From Candidatus Wolframiiraptor sinensis (lineage in GTDB: Archaea > Thermoproteota > Nitrososphaeria_A > Caldarchaeales > Wolframiiraptoraceae), in NCBI GenBank assembly GCA_023261815.1, contig JALNKA010000002.1:145736-209735 (forward strand): DNA of 64,000 bases. The letters are read 5' to 3'. Shown here piece by piece: positions 10,501 to 18,771 of this stretch; position 1 is the stretch's first letter, and the number at the start of each line of letters is the position of its first letter. The notes below the pieces were generated by a model. It saw only the letters and a program-made list of their open reading frames with translations. It was not told where the DNA came from and did no database searches. The position numbers and the translations under genes were made by a program.

Positions 10501-11021
10501 AGATCCTGAGAAAATACATCGCCTATGCTAGGAGGATTAAGCCCGAGCTTACCCCGGCGGCCGCCAGGCTGATCAAGGAATTCTATCTCCAGATGAGGTC
10601 AATGTATCAGCAGACGTCCACGGTGACGATTACCGCGAGGCAGCTCGAGTCTCTGATAAGGCTGGCTGAGGCGAGGGCCAGGGCAGCCCTAAGAGACTAC
10701 GTTACGGAGGAGGACGTCCTCGACGTCATAGACTTGATGAAGAGAAGCCTCTCGGAGGTCGGAATAGACATAGAGACCGGCAGGCCTGACATAGACGTGA
10801 TACTGACCGGGAAGCCGAAGAGCCTGAGAGATAAGATCGCGGTCTTCCTCGATACGCTGAGGGAGCTCCAGGAGGAGAAGGGCCACGCCGAGGACGAGGA
10901 GCTGAGAGAAGCTCTCAGGGAGAAAGGATTCACGGATGCCGAGATAAGCAAGATTCTCGGGAGGCTGCTATCCGAGGGCAAGATCTTCAGCCCGAGAACA
11001 GGCATATACAGGATAACATGA
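7542..11021 (+). CDS. mcm: Replicative helicase MCM (about 671-aa extein plus 488-aa intein)
   Basis: CSTC..CERC zinc motif, GDPGTGKSQ, GSTAAGL|TAAVVRD, CIDEIDKM, LSRFDL and TARQLESLIRLAEA motifs. Confidence 0.98.
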   Translation: MAAEPEIEERMLNFFKQEKYRSLLATAAAQRRQSILVDHSDLISFDEELSHLIVNDPLKYLPILDRSAYKQLQVEDPDYAAALKEFKARVFNLPDRVPIREIRSHHLGKLIAVDGIMVRASTVRPILKTAVFACSTCGAKYFSSEDPSVPRLKTPERCERCRGRKFEMIPEESEYMDFQLVGIQEKPEDLPPGQIPRVIDVELKGDIVDLARPGDRVIVTGILRTMPERDANTPRRTSKMYLEAVSIETASKEPESLIITPEEEKLFREMARDPEIHKKLVESIAPSLYGLEHVKKAVMLLLFGGTPKQYPDGTKIRGDIHLLLVGDPGTGKSQLLKYVAMMAPRGIYTSGRGSTAAGLCVSGDTLIYTDEGITPIRDLVERNMMMGSQKLREGISIAKNPKIVKIIAPSEGLKKIDVHNAVQYYKLKAKRVIRITTVLGKSIALTDETPILCSEDGKNLRWKKASEVKVGEYVALAAKLPDLEGDWRKCFYDLVGDDVFVEIDPDKLNELLNKLSNKFGSLRTAAWYLGIPEDYLYYRWRRLLRLRLSALKTILKELGMSFDEIIPYIKSVAYKSYRGTERVVIPPYPNEEFLEFLGDIYSDGCLIRDQRRKESYVIHYSSGSINDARNYVKRVRRLFGLNPKIEKDPREECYIVRFSNKIVARLLRAFGVPVGDKGINLAIHPIIHIMPRRLVGRFLRQLFTNDGGVISGKCVSLSTSSRMLAEQVDMLLGKFGIISSIRRRSPSESRINNKPVRREQLYEVSIYDLESLRVFLREIGFSNPKKLRKLLDLIKARSGGHNNFKRLSDEIILVKVKSVTVEEVNEVYDLTVNDSHAFVANKFIVHNTAAVVRDSSGGMMLEAGALVLADMGVACIDEIDKMRPEDRVALHEAMAQQTISIAKGGIVATLNARTSILAAANPTLGRYDPYRSFTDNVDLPITILSRFDLIFVLRDEPNRDLDEKLTDHVLGLQSRSVAVTSPPIKPEILRKYIAYARRIKPELTPAAARLIKEFYLQMRSMYQQTSTVTITARQLESLIRLAEARARAALRDYVTEEDVLDVIDLMKRSLSEVGIDIETGRPDIDVILTGKPKSLRDKIAVFLDTLRELQEEKGHAEDEELREALREKGFTDAEISKILGRLLSEGKIFSPRTGIYRIT
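8619..10082 (+). mobile_element. Intein with LAGLIDADG homing endonuclease in MCM
   Basis: Begins CVSGDT, ends VYDLTV..HAFVANKFIVHN with Thr+1. Motifs FLGDIYSDG and FLRQLFTNDG. Visibly more AT-rich than the exteins. Confidence 0.96.
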
Positions 11022-11037
11022 ATTCTCTTCGCGCCGG

Positions 11038-13179
11038 GTGGACGGGTTGCTAGTCGAGGATTTACCGGTGCCCGAGTTTCTCAAGAGAAATCTAAGGGAT
11101 TCCGGGATAATGGAGCTCTATCCGCCGCAGGTTAAGGCTGTTCAGGCCGGGGTGCTGAATGGCGAGAACATCGTCTTGGCGACCCCGACGGCCTCCGGCA
11201 AGACCCTCGTGGCGCTCATGGCAGCCTCCATCCACCTCGCGAAAGGCGGTAAGGTGCTCTACCTCGTGCCGCTGAGAGCACTGGCCTCGGAGAAATTCGA
11301 GGATTGCAGGAGGCTGCTATGCAGGGGGACAGCGTTCAAGGCCGCGATCTCGACCGGGGACTACGATTCATCAGATCCATGGCTCGCGGACTACGATGTG
11401 ATAGTCGCGACGAACGAGAAAGCGGATAGCCTTCTCAGGCATAAAGCTCAGTGGATCGACGATGTGAGCCTCGTGGTCCTCGATGAGCTCCACCTGCTCG
11501 GAGACCCGGATAGGGGGCCAACGCTCGAGATGGTGATAACGAAGCTGAGGAGGAGGCTGCCCAGCGCCCAGCTCATAGGGCTGAGCGCCACGATAAGCAA
11601 TGCCGAGGAGATCGCAGGCTGGCTCAACGCGAGACCCGTGATCTCGGAGTGGAGACCGGTGCCCCTGAAGGAGGGAGTGCTTCTCGGAAGGAGGATCGAG
11701 TTTTCGGATGGAGGCGTGTGGGAGCTGAAGCAGCTGTCGGATAACGCGATAGTGAATGTCGTCCTCAATGTCGTGGCTGAGGGCGGGCAAGCCCTCGTCT
11801 TCGCCCTGACCAGGAGCAGGGCTGAGAGCTACGCGGCCAAGATCGCGAAGGAGCTTAGCGAGAAAATAGACCTTCTAACACCAGATGATCGCGAGGCTCT
11901 CGAGGAATATGCAGAGAAGATCCTCGCGGCTGATAGGAGCTCGTTCTCCGAGAATCTGGCCCAGCTCGTCTTGAGGGGAGCGGCATTCCATCACGCCGGC
12001 CTATCACATGCTCAGAGATCGCTGATAGAGGAGGCTTTTAGGGCGAGGAGGCTGAAGGCGGTCGTCGCGACGCCGACCCTCGCCGCCGGAGTGAATCTCC
12101 CGGCCAGGCTCGTCCTCATAACGGAGGTTAGGAGGTATCAGCCGGGATACGGCTACCAGTTGATCCCTGTGCTGGAGTATAAGCAGTTTTGCGGGAGGGC
12201 TGGGAGGCCCGGCTATGATGAGGTGGGATACTCGGCGATAATCGCGAGGAGAAGCGACGAGAAGGAATATTTCATGAGGAGGTATGTGCAAGGTGAGCCG
12301 GAGAGGATTAGGAGCGAGCTCGCGTCCGAGAAGCATCTCAGATTCCACGTCCTCGCCCTCGTAGCATCTGAGGAGATCGCGACGATCAAGGGCCTAATCA
12401 AGTTCCTCGATGAAACCTTTCTCGCACACACTTATGGTGCTCACCTGATCGAAGAGGAGCTCACCGAAGTGCTCGGCTTTCTTGAATCCGCCGGCCTCCT
12501 CGAGTTATATGGCCTGGAGGTCAGGGCGACGCTCCTGGGTAGAAGGGTCTCGCAGCTCTATATAGACCCCATGACGGCCATAAGGCTTCTCGAGGCATTC
12601 AGGGAGGCTGGTAGAGCATCGGCCTTCGGCCTCCTTCACTCCATCGCGCTGACCCCGGATGTTCCGAGAATACCGATGAAGAGGCTTTCGCCGAAGCTCA
12701 TAGAGGAGGAGATCGAGCGGAGAGCAGAGGGCTTGATGATCCAGCCTCCGGACCCGGGAGAAGAGATCTACGACGAATACCTGGACGCATTCAGGATCGC
12801 TTTAGTCCTCGAGGCCTGGGTGGAGGAGGTTCCGGAAGCCGAAATCTATGAGAGGTTCGGGGTCCAGCCCGGTGACCTGGCTATCCTGAGGGAGGCCGCG
12901 AGCTGGATCGCCTACGCCGCATCCCAGATAGCGAAGGTCGCCGGATACGGAGAATTCGTCAAGCCATATGATGTCCTGAGCGAGCGGATTAAGCACGGCG
13001 TGAGGGAGGAGCTGATACCCCTTGCGAGACTCCGGGGCATAGGCAGGGTTAGGGCTAGGCTACTATACCAGTACGGGTACACCTCGCTCGATAGGCTCAG
13101 GGCCGCGTCGCCGCAGGACCTCATGAGGATACCCGGGATAGGCCCCGCGGTAGTCAAGCAGATCATGGAGCAGCTTTAG
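11038..13179 (+). CDS. hel308: Ski2-like SF2 DNA helicase Hel308/Hjm
   Basis: PTASGKT, DELH, GLSAT, FHHAGL, TPTLAAGVNLPA and GRAGRP motifs plus C-terminal HhH (GIGRVRAR). Confidence 0.95.
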   Translation: MDGLLVEDLPVPEFLKRNLRDSGIMELYPPQVKAVQAGVLNGENIVLATPTASGKTLVALMAASIHLAKGGKVLYLVPLRALASEKFEDCRRLLCRGTAFKAAISTGDYDSSDPWLADYDVIVATNEKADSLLRHKAQWIDDVSLVVLDELHLLGDPDRGPTLEMVITKLRRRLPSAQLIGLSATISNAEEIAGWLNARPVISEWRPVPLKEGVLLGRRIEFSDGGVWELKQLSDNAIVNVVLNVVAEGGQALVFALTRSRAESYAAKIAKELSEKIDLLTPDDREALEEYAEKILAADRSSFSENLAQLVLRGAAFHHAGLSHAQRSLIEEAFRARRLKAVVATPTLAAGVNLPARLVLITEVRRYQPGYGYQLIPVLEYKQFCGRAGRPGYDEVGYSAIIARRSDEKEYFMRRYVQGEPERIRSELASEKHLRFHVLALVASEEIATIKGLIKFLDETFLAHTYGAHLIEEELTEVLGFLESAGLLELYGLEVRATLLGRRVSQLYIDPMTAIRLLEAFREAGRASAFGLLHSIALTPDVPRIPMKRLSPKLIEEEIERRAEGLMIQPPDPGEEIYDEYLDAFRIALVLEAWVEEVPEAEIYERFGVQPGDLAILREAASWIAYAASQIAKVAGYGEFVKPYDVLSERIKHGVREELIPLARLRGIGRVRARLLYQYGYTSLDRLRAASPQDLMRIPGIGPAVVKQIMEQL

Positions 13180-13669
13180 GAAAATATCTCCGCTGAAACT
13201 CGATGATCGAGATCTCTTGAGCGCGTTCTATAGAGCCGGGCCTCAGCTTCCTAATAGCCTTGATAGCCTCCTCGCCGGAAACCCCCTTAGAGGCTACGAG
13301 ATATGCTGCTAGAACGGTTCCGGTTCTGCCGAGGCCGGCGGCGCAGTGGATGAGCAGCCTCCTCCCACCGGACACCAGCGCGAGAACCCTGTCAACTATC
13401 TCCTTCAGCGTCTCCGGATCCGGGGCGGAATGATCCTCTATCGGGAAATGCATGTACTCGATGCCGAGGCGCTCAACCCATTCCCCGGGGAGAGGATGCT
13501 CTGTTAACGAGAGTATTGCGTCGATTCCCTGAGACTTGATCCACTCAAGCTGCTTTATGGTCATGGGCCTGCCTGAGGCCGCAACGCGCTCATCAACCCA
13601 GCTGAAGTTGGACGGCTTATCCATGAACAAGGCTAAGAGCCTCCTGTAGGCATCTCCCAAGTTGAGCAT
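13163..13669 (-). CDS. Dual-specificity protein phosphatase
   Basis: HCAAGLGRTG (CX5R) motif, IEDH acid loop, IRKLRPGSIE..Q. Confidence 0.93.
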   Translation of the reverse strand: MLNLGDAYRRLLALFMDKPSNFSWVDERVAASGRPMTIKQLEWIKSQGIDAILSLTEHPLPGEWVERLGIEYMHFPIEDHSAPDPETLKEIVDRVLALVSGGRRLLIHCAAGLGRTGTVLAAYLVASKGVSGEEAIKAIRKLRPGSIERAQEISIIEFQRRYFPKAAP

Positions 13670-13746
13670 TCCTTATGCTGATCTCCTCCCGATATTTAAC
13701 CCCGCATGAGAACAAACCAAAAATATACGGGATCAAGAGGAATTGC

Positions 13747-14622
13747 ATGATACTCGTCGGGGGGCCGGCTTCAGCATATCTTGCCGAGAAGCTGTCGAAA
13801 GCCTCCGGCCATAAGCTGATCGAGATCGAGCATAAGCTCTTCCCAGACGGTGAGAGCTACATACGCTTCCCAGAGAAGATCGCTGGAGAGGATCTTCTGA
13901 TAGTCCAGGGATTTCACCCGCCGCAGGACAAGCACGTATTCCAAGCGTGCTTAATGGCCGACGCCGCCCTCGATCTAGGCGCGAATTCCGTCAGCCTGAT
14001 AGCTCCGTACCTCGCCTACGCAAGGCAGGATAAGCGGTTTCTGGAAGGCGAGGCGCTGAGCCTAAACACGCTGCTCAAGCTGCTCAAAGCCGCGGGATAC
14101 AAGCGGGCGTATACCGTGAACGTGCACTCGCCCTGGGCCATCGAGTCCTCGCCGATTCCAGTTAAGGATGTTTTAGCGGAGGAGGCTCTCGCCGAGCACA
14201 TTAAGACGCTGGGGCTCGAGGACATTGTAGTCGTCTCAGTCGGGAAGAAGGGGAAATGCATGGCGGAGAGAGTCGCCGAGCTCCTGGAAACCGAGTACCT
14301 GGTCGCTCAATCGACTAGGGACAAGTTTACGGGCGAGGTCACGGTCGAGATCGAGGATGATGTTGGAGGCAGATGCGCGCTCGTCGTCGATGATATCATT
14401 AGCACGGGCGGCACCATGGCCAAGCTCGTCGAGAAGCTGAAGAGCATGGGAGCGCGGAGGATAATCGCCGCATGCATACACGGCTTGATGATCGGGGATG
14501 CGGCCGAGAAGATCATCAGGTCTGGAGCCGAGACTATAATCTCCTCCGACACTGTGCCGAGCAGCTACTCAAGATACTCCGTTGCCGGAATACTCGCTAG
14601 GGAAATTCTGGGCAGAACTTGA
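13747..14622 (+). CDS. prs: Ribose-phosphate pyrophosphokinase
   Basis: FPDGESYIR, PYLAYARQDKRF and VVDDIISTGGT motifs. Start at MILVGG. Confidence 0.95.
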   Translation: MILVGGPASAYLAEKLSKASGHKLIEIEHKLFPDGESYIRFPEKIAGEDLLIVQGFHPPQDKHVFQACLMADAALDLGANSVSLIAPYLAYARQDKRFLEGEALSLNTLLKLLKAAGYKRAYTVNVHSPWAIESSPIPVKDVLAEEALAEHIKTLGLEDIVVVSVGKKGKCMAERVAELLETEYLVAQSTRDKFTGEVTVEIEDDVGGRCALVVDDIISTGGTMAKLVEKLKSMGARRIIAACIHGLMIGDAAEKIIRSGAETIISSDTVPSSYSRYSVAGILAREILGRT

Positions 14623-15662
14623 GGGAGAAATTCTTCTTCCTTTTATCGGGAGAGCATGAGACGATCCCGGCATCGGAGCTAAGATCCATCTTGAGCCTTC
14701 TCGATCCGGGCGCTAGGATTCATGAGCTCAATGGGGAGAGGATAATCATCGCCGAGACATTTGAGGATGCGGCGCGGGAGGCCGTGAGGAGGACGGCTTA
14801 TACGAAGCTTTGTGGAAGGCTTGCCGGCGTCGCCGAGACGAGGCCCGAGTCAATCCTCGGCATGATAAGCAGAGAGACTGTTGAGAGGATCATTCCGCCG
14901 ACCGCTCTCACTGTGGCCGTGAGGGGTAGGAGGATCATGGGAGCGCGAATCGATAAGCTCGGGCTCGAGAGGATGATCGGCGGGAGAATACTCGACCTCA
15001 AGCCAGGCCTGAAGGTGGATTTGAGAAAACCCGACATCACGATCCTCTTCATATCGAGCCCCTCAGAGACGGTCTTGGGATCTCTTGTGGAATCCAAGCC
15101 GAGGCGCTTCTTCCATGATAGGCTCGCGGGTAGGAGGCCGTTCTCGCTGCCATCCGCGATGCAACCTGACCTATCCAGGGCAATGGTGAACCTCGCTGGC
15201 GTTAGGCCCGGCGGGCGGATCCTCGACCCATTCGCCGGCACCGGAGGGATAATGATCGAGGGGATACTGCTTGGGTACAGGGTTTATGGCATCGAGCTCA
15301 AGAGGTGGATAGCGGATGGAGCATTGAGAAATCTCAGCCATTACGCTCCCGGGGAGGAGAGCATGATCGTCGGAGACGCGAGGAGGCCGATGTTCAGGGA
15401 CCACGTCTTCGACGCGATAATCACGGACCCCCCATACGGGAGATCGACCACGGTTCCCGATGAATCGGTTACAGCTCTCCTCGACAAGTTCCTCGAGAGC
15501 TGCTTGAGCCTTCTTAAAAACGGCGGCAGAATAGTCATGGCGCTCCCGGTGGAGATCAATCTCGAGGCGCTAATTAAAAGGCATGGGCTCAGATTGAGAG
15601 AATCCCATATCGTGAGAGTTCACGGGAGCCTTGTTAGGAGGGTGGTGGTGCTGGAGCGATGA
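14619..15662 (+). CDS. THUMP-domain tRNA (guanine-10-N2)-methyltransferase (Trm11/TrmG10)
   Basis: LLSGEH, RPFSLPSAM, LDPFAGTGG and TDPPYGRS motifs. Confidence 0.9.
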   Translation: MREKFFFLLSGEHETIPASELRSILSLLDPGARIHELNGERIIIAETFEDAAREAVRRTAYTKLCGRLAGVAETRPESILGMISRETVERIIPPTALTVAVRGRRIMGARIDKLGLERMIGGRILDLKPGLKVDLRKPDITILFISSPSETVLGSLVESKPRRFFHDRLAGRRPFSLPSAMQPDLSRAMVNLAGVRPGGRILDPFAGTGGIMIEGILLGYRVYGIELKRWIADGALRNLSHYAPGEESMIVGDARRPMFRDHVFDAIITDPPYGRSTTVPDESVTALLDKFLESCLSLLKNGGRIVMALPVEINLEALIKRHGLRLRESHIVRVHGSLVRRVVVLER

Positions 15663-16579
15663 CGATAATGAGGATCACATTCCTCGGCACGGGCGGTGGA
15701 ATTCCAAGCATAAGCCGCTCGCTCCCATCAGTTGCCGTGAGCTACTCGGGCGAGCTCATATTATTCGACTGCGGCGAGGGCGCGCAGAGGCAGATGATGA
15801 GGGCTGGAACCGGCTTCAAGCAGAAGCTGACTATCCTGCTAACGCATCTTCACGGCGACCACATCTTCGGCCTACCAGGCCTACTCTACACGCTTTCCAT
15901 GCTCGATAGAAAGCATCCTCTCAGGATCATAGGCCCTAGGGGAACCCGCGGCTTCGTGGAGGCGATACTCTCCATCAGATTCGGCAAGATGAGCTACGAG
16001 GTCGAGGTAAAGGAAATCAATGGTGGAATAGCATACGAGTCCAAGGACTTCATTGTGGAGGCGATAAGCGCCTCGCACACCGTCGAATCCCTAGCCTATA
16101 GGCTTAGGGAGAGGGATAGGCCCGGGAGAATGAAGGTCGATGTTCTAGAGAGATTGGGCGTGCCGAGGGGCCCCCTTTGGGGAAGGCTTCAGCGCGGCGA
16201 GACAATAGAGTTCTCGGGAAAGATCATAAGGCCTGAGGATGTTATGGAGCCTCCGAGGCGCGGCAGAATCATCGTATACACCGGCGACACCAGGCCATCA
16301 GATGAGATAGTGGAGTTCTCGAGGGGAGCGGATGTGCTGATACATGACGCGACCTTCGGCTCGGAGTTCGAGGAGGATGCAGCGAGGGAGGGGCACTCCA
16401 CGGCGAGGCAGGCCGCCGAGATCGCGCTGAGGGCCGGCGTCCGGAGGCTCTACCTTTTCCACATAAGCCCGAGATACGAGGATGATCAGGATAGGCTCTT
16501 AAGGGAGGCTAGGCAGATATTTCCCAACGCCTATCTCGCCGAGGATCTGCTGAGCATCGAGGTGCCTCTCCCGGACTAA
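15659..16579 (+). CDS. rnz: Ribonuclease Z
   Basis: FLGTGG, DCGEGAQRQ, THLHGDH, exosite GP, YTGDTRP, HDATF and HISPRY motifs. Confidence 0.96.
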   Translation: MTIMRITFLGTGGGIPSISRSLPSVAVSYSGELILFDCGEGAQRQMMRAGTGFKQKLTILLTHLHGDHIFGLPGLLYTLSMLDRKHPLRIIGPRGTRGFVEAILSIRFGKMSYEVEVKEINGGIAYESKDFIVEAISASHTVESLAYRLRERDRPGRMKVDVLERLGVPRGPLWGRLQRGETIEFSGKIIRPEDVMEPPRRGRIIVYTGDTRPSDEIVEFSRGADVLIHDATFGSEFEEDAAREGHSTARQAAEIALRAGVRRLYLFHISPRYEDDQDRLLREARQIFPNAYLAEDLLSIEVPLPD

Positions 16580-16582
16580 GGG

Positions 16583-16978
16583 CTATTCGGTCAGCCAGCT
16601 TATCACTTCCTCCAAGTTCGGCGCTTTAATCATCACCTTTATCGGCGGAAGCGGCGACTCGATGAAGGGCTCTGTGAAAGAGGCCTTTCCAGCGTAAGCC
16701 GCCTGCTTATTCAGGTAGAAGACGAGGATATCATCGCGCATCGAGGACTTCAGGATGCTTCTAGCCGCCGCCCTTATCCTCCGCTCCCTGAGAAGCCTCT
16801 TCAGGTTCTCGAGCACGCCATATCCCTCCGCTGAGCCCTCAACCCGGGCATAGGAGTCCAGCCACTTGACCTCGAAGCTTATCTCGGGGAATATCGCTTT
16901 AACGGCCTTCAAGACCTTCTCGGGATCCTCCGTCGGATAGACGTCTGCTTCAACGCTCACGCTTATCACGCCTTCCAT
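16583..16978 (-). CDS. Archaeal RNA-binding domain protein (DUF54-like)
   Basis: VYPTEDPEKV..A...IF and LNKQAAYAG motifs. Confidence 0.85.
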   Translation of the reverse strand: MEGVISVSVEADVYPTEDPEKVLKAVKAIFPEISFEVKWLDSYARVEGSAEGYGVLENLKRLLRERRIRAAARSILKSSMRDDILVFYLNKQAAYAGKASFTEPFIESPLPPIKVMIKAPNLEEVISWLTE

Positions 16979-16992
16979 GCTTCAAGCCCCCA

Positions 16993-17409
16993 TCACTCGA
17001 AGAATAGCTCGATCCTGGAATCAATCTTTTTCCTGACGAGCTTTACGCCTATCGGGATCATCATCGCGATCTCAGCGGTATTGTGCACGGTCGCTCTCCG
17101 AAGGTGCCCGCCATGAACATTTAAGGACTCATCGGCCAGGGTAGCGTGAACATGGGGTTGAAGTCTTCCATCATCATCGCGAGCGATATTTCCCTCAATC
17201 GAGACTATCTCCATGGGGCTTGGAAGAGCCTTTTCCAGATAATCTCTCCTAAAGTATGCGAGCACAGTATCCCTCAACATGCCAACGCAGCTTAGAATGA
17301 TCCCGGAATCGGCTCCAGACGCCTCCATGATCTCGCAGAGCCCTCCCAGGAAATCCTCTCCATCATCCAGCTTGATGAAGAGTATGTTCTCAGCGAGCCT
17401 ATATCGCAT
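16993..17409 (-). CDS. PPC (DUF296) domain protein
   Basis: LDDGEDF, EIVSIEGNI, HVHATL and GGHL motifs. Confidence 0.88.
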   Translation of the reverse strand: MRYRLAENILFIKLDDGEDFLGGLCEIMEASGADSGIILSCVGMLRDTVLAYFRRDYLEKALPSPMEIVSIEGNIARDDDGRLQPHVHATLADESLNVHGGHLRRATVHNTAEIAMMIPIGVKLVRKKIDSRIELFFE

Positions 17410-17472
17410 GAAGCTTCGAGCGGCTCTGAAGACTTAAAGTTTTCCGGAGCAGCATATTTAGAGGCGGCGCTC

Positions 17473-17967
17473 ATGAAAGCCCTAGTCGTCTTCTACTCGA
17501 GGACTGGTAGGACTAGGATCATCGCCGAGGCCATAGCGCGGAGCTTGAAGGCGGACATCGAGGAGGTAAAAGAGGATGATGGGAGATCAGGATTGCTGGG
17601 GTTCCTGAGATCAGGCTACGAGGCCGTGCTCGGCAAGCTTGCGCGCATTCAGCCAGCGAGCAAGAAACCGGAAGAATACGACTTGGTGGTGGTCGGCTCC
17701 CCCGTCTGGGTCGGCAGGCTCTCATCCCCTATGAGAACATACTTGACACACCATGGCGGCAAAATCAGGAAAGCAGCCTTCTTCTGCACGTGCATCGGCG
17801 GAGAGGGAAAGATCTTCAGGGAGATGGAGATGCTCTCCGGAAAGCCGATAGCCAAGCTATGTGTTAGAGATAGGGAGATCGCGGCGAAAGAGCACACCAA
17901 GAAGATCCAAGAATTCGTTAAAGCGTTACAAGGAGAGCTGGAAAGCATGGAATCAGCTCGCGAGTAA
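17473..17967 (+). CDS. Flavodoxin family protein
   Basis: VVFYSRTGRT, YDLVVVGSPVW and AFFCT motifs. Confidence 0.9.
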   Translation: MKALVVFYSRTGRTRIIAEAIARSLKADIEEVKEDDGRSGLLGFLRSGYEAVLGKLARIQPASKKPEEYDLVVVGSPVWVGRLSSPMRTYLTHHGGKIRKAAFFCTCIGGEGKIFREMEMLSGKPIAKLCVRDREIAAKEHTKKIQEFVKALQGELESMESARE

Positions 17968-18094
17968 TCTCGCACTCTCGCGCGGTCTTAGCGGCTGGCA
18001 TCTAAAGCTTCCCCTGAGCTAGTGAACTCGGCTCATTTCATGCTCCGCGGCCGAGAAGGGGTATTCAAAATTACATGATCTTAATCATTGTTTT

Positions 18095-18151
18095 GGGTCA
18101 GCGCTCAAGATCCCGATCATCGCGCTCAGCCTGGTCAGAGTCATCATTCCC
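18095..18151 (-). ncRNA. C/D-box guide sRNA
   Basis: GGGA-ATGATGA(C)-CTCTGACCAGG-CTGA(D')-GC-GCGATGA(C')-TCGGGATCTTGAGCG-CTGA(D)-CCC. Four boxes, typical spacing, 3-bp terminal stem, intergenic. Confidence 0.85.
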
Positions 18152-18311
18152 ATGATGAGCCTGTTTATTGCGGCTTTTATTCCTTTCTACCGGCTCAACA
18201 ATACCGGGCGATTCAACGATTCATCCTAGCCGGTTTGAGCTCCTTCATCCGGCCTATAATATTTAAGCTCTCGGCTCAAATGATATTATGGCTTCCTGGG
18301 GGAGGGGGTTG

Positions 18312-18761
18312 ATGCTTCGTGAGGTATCCGCCGGCGCCACGGTGTTCCATTTAGGCTCTCAGATCGAGTATCTGCTTCTGCATTATGCTGCTGGTCACTG
18401 GGATTTTCCCAAGGGAGCGATTGAGCCCGGCGAGTCGGAGCTGGATACGGTCAAGAGGGAGGTTTGGGAGGAGACGGGGATAAGAGAGGTAGAGATAGTT
18501 CCAGGGTTCAGGAAGGTTATACACTACTGGTATCGGAAGTCAGGCCAGCTTGTTCGAAAGACGGTTATCTTCTATCTCGCGAGATCCTACACGAAGAATG
18601 TTACACTATCCTATGAGCACATAGGATATGCTTGGCTCCCGTATGAGGAGAGCTCGAAGAGATTAACTTTTAAGACGGCTAAAGAGACTCTTCATGAAGC
18701 CCATGAGTACCTGCTCAAGAACATGCATCTACTCCGCCAGCCAAGGCTCCACGATTACTAG
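18312..18761 (+). CDS. NUDIX hydrolase, Ap4A-hydrolase-like
   Basis: HWDFPKG.IEPGES...TVKREVWEETG Nudix box and LSYEH motif. Confidence 0.9.
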   Translation: MLREVSAGATVFHLGSQIEYLLLHYAAGHWDFPKGAIEPGESELDTVKREVWEETGIREVEIVPGFRKVIHYWYRKSGQLVRKTVIFYLARSYTKNVTLSYEHIGYAWLPYEESSKRLTFKTAKETLHEAHEYLLKNMHLLRQPRLHDY

Positions 18762-18771
18762 GTGGGAGCTG

